Of a DNA stretch of 32,000 nt, positions 25,978-32,000 are shown piece after piece. The position numbers and the translations under genes are program-made. The stretch lies in contig NZ_RSDW01000001.1 of assembly GCF_003945235.1 (NCBI RefSeq), positions 1,560,001 to 1,592,000 of the forward strand. Reading direction: 5' to 3'. The notes under the pieces were generated by a model. The model was not told the origin of the DNA, ran no database searches, and saw only the letters and a list, made by a program, of their open reading frames with translations. Numbering within the stretch: position 1 is the first letter of the stretch; every line of letters begins with the position of its first letter. This DNA comes from Edaphobacter aggregans. GTDB taxonomy: Bacteria > Acidobacteriota > Terriglobia > Terriglobales > Acidobacteriaceae.

Positions 25978-27033
25978 CTACTGCACTTTGCCCAGAGGTC
26001 GCAACCGGCGCAGTTCACTCGCACAAGCAATCGCATTCAACGCTGCAAGCTTCAAGTTGTCCGCGGCCAGCCATAACCAGAAACGCCTCCCGGGCCTGCC
26101 TCCATCCGACTCGCCAGTCACACGGACCATGATGTCTTCCTGTCCCGCGGCACTCAAATTACTCGGTGGCTCAGACTCTTCCGCCACGAGATCCACATGA
26201 TCTCCAGACAACGCCTCTTCCACCTCAACAACCGTCGTCGGCTGCGACAATTCCACCAGCACCGAAATCACATAGCCGTGAAACACCGGAGCCTGCACAA
26301 TCTGCAACGCAAGCGACGGCAACAATCCCGATGAAATCGAAACGTACTGATTGCGAATTCGTCGCTCCGTTTTTTCGAGACTTATCTTCGCCGACTCGCC
26401 AAGCGCAGGCAGCAGATTGAACGACACCTGCGCGTCATACTGCTCTCGCGGAAGGCTCTGGAAGCTCAGCAGATTCACCGTCTGCTGATGCAATTCATCC
26501 ATCGCCGCTCTGCCATGTTCGGACGCAGGTTCCATCACCGTCGCCGCAACACTCGCAACCGGAAGCTTCGCCTGCAGCCTCGCCATCGTCAGCGCCAGCA
26601 TCACCGCCACAGGATGCGCTGCAACCACTGCAGGAGTCTTCAAATCAGGCTCTGGACCCGTCCGAGGGATCTTCGCTTCAAGCTCTTCGGCCACCCAGGG
26701 AGCCCGCACCAGCACGTCCTTCTCCCTTTCCAGCGCGTACGTCAGATCAACAATGCTTGCCCCGGCTCTCCGAGCGTCCTGCCAGTGCTTCTTCGTCACA
26801 TCCGCCCCACCCGCGAAGAAAACGAAATCCATCCTCTCGAACGAAGAGGCTTCAATCCGCTGGATAAACGCCGGTTCATCGCCTGCGGTCGTCACCTGAC
26901 CGGCAACATCCTCATCATCCAGCAGCATCACATCCGACGCCGCGAGCAGGGACTCGCCCAGTTCATCGCTCAACTCCTTGCCGGCAAGAGACGACGCTCC
27001 GACAATTCCGATCCGATACATTCTGTTCGCCAT
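25978..27033 (-). CDS. Aspartate-semialdehyde-dehydrogenase-like protein lacking the catalytic cysteine (about 351 aa)
   Basis: Asd-fold similarity runs throughout (IGIVGASSLAGKEL..., FFAGGADV..., PVFHGYVISV..., LWLAADNLKLAALNAI). The start is uncertain: ATG 27033, ATG 27021 or GTG 27063. Confidence 0.65.
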   Translation of the reverse strand: MANRMYRIGIVGASSLAGKELSDELGESLLAASDVMLLDDEDVAGQVTTAGDEPAFIQRIEASSFERMDFVFFAGGADVTKKHWQDARRAGASIVDLTYALEREKDVLVRAPWVAEELEAKIPRTGPEPDLKTPAVVAAHPVAVMLALTMARLQAKLPVASVAATVMEPASEHGRAAMDELHQQTVNLLSFQSLPREQYDAQVSFNLLPALGESAKISLEKTERRIRNQYVSISSGLLPSLALQIVQAPVFHGYVISVLVELSQPTTVVEVEEALSGDHVDLVAEESEPPSNLSAAGQEDIMVRVTGESDGGRPGRRFWLWLAADNLKLAALNAIACASELRRLRPLGKVQ

Positions 27034-27063
27034 ATCCACCCGCAACTTTTGAATTTTTCGCAC

Positions 27064-27918
27064 CTAGCCCTGCGGCACACCCGTATGATGCCGCCGCTCT
27101 CTGCTCCACGAGTACGCCAGCCGCGCCAGAACGCCAGACACCAGATATCCCAGCGCAATGATCAGCAACATGTACTCCGAGTACAACGCAATCAGCGCAA
27201 TCAGAGCACCCACCACAGCAACCAGCTGAAACGGATGCCGGCTCCCAAGGCTGATCTCTTTGCCGCTCCAGAACCGCCAACTGCTCACCATCAAAAAGCC
27301 CGTAAACAGAATCAGGCAAAGCCATAGCACGGCCATCTTCGGGTCCTCAATCGGCGACCCATTTTCAAAATGAACCACCGAAGCGATCACACCAGCGCCT
27401 GCCGGAATTGGCATACCCACAAAGTACTTCCGTCCCGGTCGCCCCGGATTGCGAGGCTGTGGATTGATGCTGATGTTGAACCGCGCAAGCCTGCTCGCCC
27501 CGCAGATAAGAAACACAAAGCAGACGAAGACCCCGATGTGAACGATCTGCTCACGCAGATGCGGACGTGCCATCAGCGGCAACATCCGGAACCCCCAGAT
27601 ATACGCCAGCAGACTCGGAGCGACTCCAAACGTAATCACATCGGCAAGCGAGTCCAACTCCTTGCCAAAGTCACTCGTCGTATTCGTCATTCGCGCAATG
27701 CGCCCGTCGAGCCCGTCGAACAAAATTGCAAACCCGATGGCCAGCGCCGCGCGGTCAAAGAAAGCCGGGTCCGCTACCGATCCCTGCACGCTCTGTGTAA
27801 TCGCATAGTAGCCGGCGGCGATATTACCCGCCGTAAACAGCGACGGCAGAATAAACATTCCGCGGCTAGGCTGCCGCTTTACCTTACCGTCAGCCCCCAC
27901 CTGCACCTCCGTCGCCAT
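27064..27918 (-). CDS. pssA: CDP-diacylglycerol--serine O-phosphatidyltransferase (284 aa)
   Basis: A perfect CDP-alcohol phosphatidyltransferase motif, DGRIARMTNTTSDFGKELDSLAD (DGxxARx8Gx3Dx3D), in a polytopic membrane protein. ATG 27918 overlaps the psd stop by 1 nt (TAATG). Confidence 0.85.
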   Translation of the reverse strand: MATEVQVGADGKVKRQPSRGMFILPSLFTAGNIAAGYYAITQSVQGSVADPAFFDRAALAIGFAILFDGLDGRIARMTNTTSDFGKELDSLADVITFGVAPSLLAYIWGFRMLPLMARPHLREQIVHIGVFVCFVFLICGASRLARFNISINPQPRNPGRPGRKYFVGMPIPAGAGVIASVVHFENGSPIEDPKMAVLWLCLILFTGFLMVSSWRFWSGKEISLGSRHPFQLVAVVGALIALIALYSEYMLLIIALGYLVSGVLARLAYSWSRERRHHTGVPQG

Positions 27919-28544
27919 TAGGCACCGGCCTCTGGAACCACCGCCAGTACCGTAGACCCACCACGCACGCGCGACCCCGTCTTCACCTTCAAATTCGCCT
28001 CTGCCGGCATCAGCACATCTACGCGCGAGCCGAACTTGATGAGTCCCACACGCTGCCCCCGCTCCACTCGATCGCCCGGCTTCACCGTGCACACAATCCG
28101 CCGAGCCAGCAGCCCTGCAATCTGTTTGAAGCTCACGTCATACCTGCCCGCGTCGATCACAATCAGCGTCTGCTCATTATTCAGCACCGACTCAGGCTTC
28201 ATCGCATTCATGAACTGTCCCTGACGAAACTCCGCCAGCTTCACGGTCCCGCTCACAGGCGAGCGGTTCACATGCACATCGAACACATTCAGAAAAATGC
28301 TCAGCCGCAACCTGCTGCCGCTCGTCGTCTCGATCCACTCCGCCTCAGTCACAACTCCATCGGCAGGCGAAACAATCTCACCCGCACCCTGCGGAATTTT
28401 CCTGTTCGGATCACGAAAGAACCACAAGAAGAAGGCTGCCAGCACGATCGGCAAAGCCACCAGGACAGAGGGCATCTTCAGATACCAAAGCACCGCCGCC
28501 ACAACACCGAGCCCTAAGGCATAGAAGAAACCATCACGAACCAT
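27918..28544 (-). CDS. psd: Phosphatidylserine decarboxylase proenzyme, short membrane-anchored type (208 aa)
   Basis: N-terminal TM helices, [18 protein letters not shown] and a candidate self-cleavage G-S site in KFGSRVD. The start is ATG 28544 (MVRDGFFY...); an alternative GTG at 28613 would add 23 aa. Confidence 0.8.
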   Translation of the reverse strand: MVRDGFFYALGLGVVAAVLWYLKMPSVLVALPIVLAAFFLWFFRDPNRKIPQGAGEIVSPADGVVTEAEWIETTSGSRLRLSIFLNVFDVHVNRSPVSGTVKLAEFRQGQFMNAMKPESVLNNEQTLIVIDAGRYDVSFKQIAGLLARRIVCTVKPGDRVERGQRVGLIKFGSRVDVLMPAEANLKVKTGSRVRGGSTVLAVVPEAGA

Positions 28545-28619
28545 AAGTGACTCGATTATAAGGCCACGCACACCTTCACTCGACGCTCCACTCAGCGCCT
28601 GTCGTTCGCCCACCTGTGT

Positions 28620-28850
28620 CTAGTCGGAGGGAAGACCAGCCCCCATACGCCGTAGTCTCTCCATCTCGTCCTTCAGGCTCAGCTTGAGCTTCTTCAATCT
28701 CACCTCTTCCATCTGCTCAGCACTAGTCAGAAACATCTTGGATCGCAGCGTCTCCAGCCTGCGATCGTACAAGCTATGTTCCTGCATTAGTTGATGAATT
28801 GAGGGAAGGGGGGTTTGATTCGGAAGCTCAAGGAACTTCGCAGTCTGCAT
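28620..28850 (-). CDS. DUF465 (YdcH-like) small coiled-coil protein (76 aa)
   Basis: LMQEHSLYDRRLETL...EEVRLKKLKLSLKDEMERL matches the DUF465 pattern. ATG 28850 is preceded by GGAGG at 9 nt. The longer track ORF would overlap rimI. Confidence 0.65.
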   Translation of the reverse strand: MQTAKFLELPNQTPLPSIHQLMQEHSLYDRRLETLRSKMFLTSAEQMEEVRLKKLKLSLKDEMERLRRMGAGLPSD

Positions 28851-28897
28851 GAGAGAGTACCTCCAGCCGGACAACATCTCACTGCTGGCCCAAAAAG

Positions 28898-29413
28898 CTA
28901 ACACACCCCCGTCGACGATGGCAAAGCCCCTTCTCCACAATTTCCTAACTCCAACCGCATCAGCAAAGCATCGTCCACCGGATCGCGATAATACCCCCGC
29001 CGCCGCCCAACACCCACGAATCCTAGCCCCTCATACAAAGCAATCGCCCCAGCACTCGCAGCCCGAACTTCCAACTCCACCACCACCGAACCTACCTCCC
29101 TACACCACTTAACAACAGACCCACAAAGCGCTCGCCCCACACCCATTCTTCGTGCCGCTACATCCACCGCCACACTCTCCAACTCAGCCGAACCCTCCGT
29201 CCCAGCACCAATCACCTTCCCCACAGCAAATCCAATCACCCTACCTTCAACATCAGCGACAAAGAGACACCGCCGGACCCCACCATCCCCACTCGCAACA
29301 ATCGCCGCATACTCCGCCGCACCCCAATGCGGAGCCTCGGCCACACTTCGCTCAAGCACAACTACCGCATCCAGATCCGCAACCTCCGCCACCCGAACTC
29401 GAACGCTGCTCAT
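28898..29413 (-). CDS. rimI: GNAT acetyltransferase, ribosomal-protein-alanine N-acetyltransferase RimI-like (171 aa)
   Basis: GNAT acetyl-CoA region VAVDVAARRMGVGRALC...YEGLGF. Its ATG overlaps the tsaB stop (ATGA at 29410-29413), giving the conserved tsaB-rimI arrangement. Confidence 0.75.
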   Translation of the reverse strand: MSSVRVRVAEVADLDAVVVLERSVAEAPHWGAAEYAAIVASGDGGVRRCLFVADVEGRVIGFAVGKVIGAGTEGSAELESVAVDVAARRMGVGRALCGSVVKWCREVGSVVVELEVRAASAGAIALYEGLGFVGVGRRRGYYRDPVDDALLMRLELGNCGEGALPSSTGVC

Positions 29414-30066
29414 CCCGCAGCCTTCTTCGGCTTAGCAAAGATCTCCGCAGCAGTCCGCCTTAGATAATTCGCATCCAGCGTAGCCGCATCATCAAAATTC
29501 CCCACTGCAATTCGCTCCAACGCAAACGGCAAAGCATCCTCCGCCAAAGGCTCCCGCACCACTCTCGGAGACAATCCCGCCAAGGCCTCAGCCACCTTCA
29601 CTTCACACACCGCAATAACACCCCCACCCACCGCAGCCTCAACCTCATCCCGACTCAGCAAAGCCTCCCGCACACACCGCCGCCCAGCATACTCACCGAA
29701 ATAAAACTCCCCGCGCCCAGCATCGAGCACCGCATAAACCACATCTGCATCGACACTCGCAGCCAACAAAGCCAGCCGAGACACCGCAATCAGCGGAACC
29801 CCACCAGCCTCACTCAATCCCTTCGCCGCACTCAACCCCACTCGCATGCCAGTAAACGACCCCGGCCCATGCACCACCCCAACCGCAGCCAACTCCCGCA
29901 GCGCCCACCCACTCGACTCCATCAACCTCCGCACGGCCGGAATCAACCTCTCCGAAGAAGTCCTCCCCGGCAACACTTCCGTCGCCACGACCGCCTGCGC
30001 CAACTCCGAATCCGCCAGCGCAACACTCCCCTCGCTCCCACATGTATCGATCAGCAACACCCGCAT
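29410..30066 (-). CDS. tsaB: tRNA threonylcarbamoyladenosine (t6A) biosynthesis protein TsaB/YeaZ (218 aa)
   Basis: MRVLLIDTCGSEGSVALAD...VVHGPGSFTGMRVGLSAAKGL is the TsaB/YeaZ signature. ATG 30066 overlaps the upstream stop by 1 nt (TGATG); an alternative GTG lies at 30069. Confidence 0.85.
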   Translation of the reverse strand: MRVLLIDTCGSEGSVALADSELAQAVVATEVLPGRTSSERLIPAVRRLMESSGWALRELAAVGVVHGPGSFTGMRVGLSAAKGLSEAGGVPLIAVSRLALLAASVDADVVYAVLDAGRGEFYFGEYAGRRCVREALLSRDEVEAAVGGGVIAVCEVKVAEALAGLSPRVVREPLAEDALPFALERIAVGNFDDAATLDANYLRRTAAEIFAKPKKAAG

Positions 30067-31289
30067 CACGCCCCACCCTCACCAGCATCGCCGACAATCT
30101 CCAGCAGCACCCCACCCGTACTAGACGGATGCACAAAAAAGTACCGATGCCCACCCGCACCCACCCGCACCGAATCGCTCGCCAGCCTCACCCCCTGCGC
30201 CGTCAACCTCTCAAACATCGCGTCAATCCCCTCCACCTGCACCGCAATATGATGCAGCCCCTCGCCCCTCTTCGCCAGAAACCGCCCAATCACCGACTCC
30301 TCTTCTGTCGGCTCCAGCAACTCCACCCGACTCTCGCCCAGCGGCAACATCGCGGTCCTCACCTTCTCATGCTCCACCGTCTCCTCATGCGTCACACTCA
30401 TCCCCAACGCCTCATAGAACCCTCGAGCCGCCGCAATACTCTTCACCGCGACCCCAAGATGATCCAGTCGCAACCCACCGCTCATACCAAGCCGCGCACG
30501 CAGTCCATGTTCCTTCTTCCACTCCGCACAACGCCGAACCGCCATCATCAACTCCGCCACACCCTCACCACTCGTAGCCACAGTCCTTACAACCGGAGGC
30601 ACCCATCCCTCACGAGCCACCCCCAAACCCTGCATAGCCAGAATCTCCGCCTCCACCCTCTCCGCCCCACCCGCATCACTCTTATTCACGACGAAGACGT
30701 CCGCCACCTCCATCACACCAGCCTTCAAACTCTGAACCTCATCACCCATTCCCGGCACCAGCACGAGCACCGTCACATCAGCCACCCCCACCACCTCGAC
30801 CTCATCCTGCCCCACGCCCACCGTCTCGATCAAAATCGTCCCCCGCCCCGCAGCCTCCATCACCGAACAAACATCCGCCGCAGCCTTCGCCACTCCACCC
30901 ATCGCCCCCCGCGAAGCCATACTGCGAATAAACACCCCCGCATCACCCTCAAACCCCTGCATCCGAATCCGATCCCCCAACAACGCCCCGCCCGTATAAG
31001 GACTAGACGGATCCACCGCCACCACCCCCACCGTCTGGCCCTGCCCGCGCAGCCACCGAGCCATCTGATCCACCAGCGTGCTCTTCCCCGCCCCCGGAGG
31101 CCCCGTCACCCCAACACGCAACGCACCTCCCGCATAAGCCCGGCAAGCCGCCAGCACCTCAGCCCTCGCACCCGCCCCATCCTCCACCAAAGACACCGCC
31201 CGAGCCAGCGCCCGCACATCCCCAGCACGCATCCGTTCCACCAACGCCCGCGCCGTCTCAACTCCGTTTTGCTTAGCCTCTGCTTCCAC
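30066..31289 (-). CDS. meaB: Fusion protein: MeaB/ArgK-type G3E GTPase (methylmalonyl-CoA mutase chaperone) plus a C-terminal methylmalonyl-CoA epimerase (VOC) domain (407 aa)
   Basis: N-terminal ~270 aa carry GPPGAGKST (P-loop), DPSSPYTGGALLGDRIRM, ETVGVGQ and VVNKSD. C-terminal ~135 aa carry LDHLGVAV, ELLEP, GEGLHHIAVQV and FFVHPSSTGGVLLEIV, which are epimerase/glyoxalase-fold metal-ligand motifs. It is a single uninterrupted ORF. Confidence 0.8.
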   Translation of the reverse strand: MEAEAKQNGVETARALVERMRAGDVRALARAVSLVEDGAGARAEVLAACRAYAGGALRVGVTGPPGAGKSTLVDQMARWLRGQGQTVGVVAVDPSSPYTGGALLGDRIRMQGFEGDAGVFIRSMASRGAMGGVAKAAADVCSVMEAAGRGTILIETVGVGQDEVEVVGVADVTVLVLVPGMGDEVQSLKAGVMEVADVFVVNKSDAGGAERVEAEILAMQGLGVAREGWVPPVVRTVATSGEGVAELMMAVRRCAEWKKEHGLRARLGMSGGLRLDHLGVAVKSIAAARGFYEALGMSVTHEETVEHEKVRTAMLPLGESRVELLEPTEEESVIGRFLAKRGEGLHHIAVQVEGIDAMFERLTAQGVRLASDSVRVGAGGHRYFFVHPSSTGGVLLEIVGDAGEGGA

Positions 31290-31307
31290 CCAGCGATGAT
31301 ACCGTGC

Positions 31308-31805
31308 CTAGCCCGCAGCCTCCGCAAGCAGCTTCGTCACTTTCGCGTCGAGCGATCTCGCCACCTCCATCGCAGCGGAGTTCCCATAACCCGCCAGAAA
31401 ACTCGCCATCGTGTCATACGACAGATGCACACCCTCCTTGTCCTCATAGACCAGAATCGTGACAGGAGCATACGAACCAGCGTCCGGAACATGCTCGACC
31501 ATCTGCTTCATGATCAGCGGATTACCCGCGATAATCCGAACGATCTTGTAAGCCTTCGCCTCCGGATCCTTCCGCATCGCCGCACCCAGATCCAGGCGCA
31601 GAAACTCCATCAAATCGGCACTCCCCACCACATCATGGATCACCTTCTCAAACGCCGAAAACGATGCCGCTGCGTCCATCTCTTGATGAAGCGCACGCAT
31701 ATCTGGCCTCCCGATCCCCTTCTCAAGCCCCCGCAGAACGTCCTCAAACGACTTCGCCGACACAACACTGAACCTCTCCACCGTCAACTGTTTTGTCGTC
31801 TTCAC
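31308..31805 (-). CDS. DUF302 domain protein (about 165 aa)
   Basis: ERFSVVSAKSFEDVL...NPLIMKQMVEHVPDAGSYAPVTILVYEDKEGVHLSYDT fits the DUF302 pattern. I favour GTG 31805 (GAGGAG 6-7 nt upstream) over the TTG at 31847 used by the track. Confidence 0.6.
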   Translation of the reverse strand: MKTTKQLTVERFSVVSAKSFEDVLRGLEKGIGRPDMRALHQEMDAAASFSAFEKVIHDVVGSADLMEFLRLDLGAAMRKDPEAKAYKIVRIIAGNPLIMKQMVEHVPDAGSYAPVTILVYEDKEGVHLSYDTMASFLAGYGNSAAMEVARSLDAKVTKLLAEAAG

Positions 31806-32000
31806 GTCTTCTCCTCTCACGATTTGGAGTATTGTGAACCTTGCCAAACTCCCAGCGTCTTTCAGCTTGCGCTCATCTTACGTCTTCGAGGTACGAGTCA
31901 CGTGATAGAACCCTCCCATGCCGGGCTCATCTCCGACCTCGCCTAATTTGCACCCATGAATACAAACTTTCACCTATAATTCCTCTGCCGTCACTTCACC

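Noticed and set aside
31086-31112. Canonical G-quadruplex motif on the minus strand (GGGG TGAC GGGG CCTCC GGGGG C GGGG)
   Set aside because: It is simply the G-rich codon rendering of the P-loop GPPGAGK in a region where G-runs are frequent. There is no reason to assign a separate function.
30042-31946. 634-aa plus-strand ORF, the second-longest plus-strand ORF in the track
   Set aside because: The translation is a His/Pro/Arg/Thr-rich low-complexity string. It is antisense to well-supported minus-strand genes (MeaB-epimerase, DUF302). It stays open only because the plus strand here is extremely C-rich and G-poor.

Overview
This is a high-GC bacterial chromosomal window with almost every gene on the minus strand. 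The gene families (CarboxypepD_reg-type TonB receptor, S46 peptidase, long TPR regulator) suggest an Acidobacteriota-like genome, but that is inference only. All calls rest on reading the sequence and ORF track by eye; no searches were run.

Layout:
- 1-8.6 kb: a partial S46 peptidase (absent from the ORF track, found by hand translation), a TonB-dependent receptor, a zinc-finger anti-sigma factor, an ECF sigma factor and a Crp/Fnr regulator.
- 9.2-24.9 kb: a segment bracketed by an intact tRNA-Leu(CAA) (24768-24854) and a 55-nt copy of its anticodon-loop-to-CCA portion (9416-9470), with about 200 bp of shared downstream flank. No integrase is present. It carries a TolC-MFP-RND efflux operon extended by an orphan membrane protein and a cNMP-binding thioredoxin-reductase-like flavoprotein that lacks the CxxC centre. 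It also holds a TPR regulator, a divergent pseudo-receiver, two apparent gene relics, a CPA1 Na+/H+ antiporter and a ClC channel.
- 24.9-32 kb: a housekeeping block of ROK kinase, a cysteine-less Asd-like protein, pssA, psd, DUF465, rimI, tsaB, a MeaB-epimerase fusion and DUF302.

Observations most worth follow-up:
- the tRNA-bracketed, island-like segment;
- the extended efflux operon, together with triple 10-11 bp GCTTACG direct repeats in both intergenic regions flanking its regulator;
- a strand-composition mosaic in which the plus strand is very C-rich regardless of gene orientation in 20.8-22.1 kb and 24.9-32 kb;
- the Asd-like pseudoenzyme candidate;
- the MeaB-methylmalonyl-CoA epimerase fusion.

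I saw no CRISPR array, transposase, integrase or recognisable defence system.
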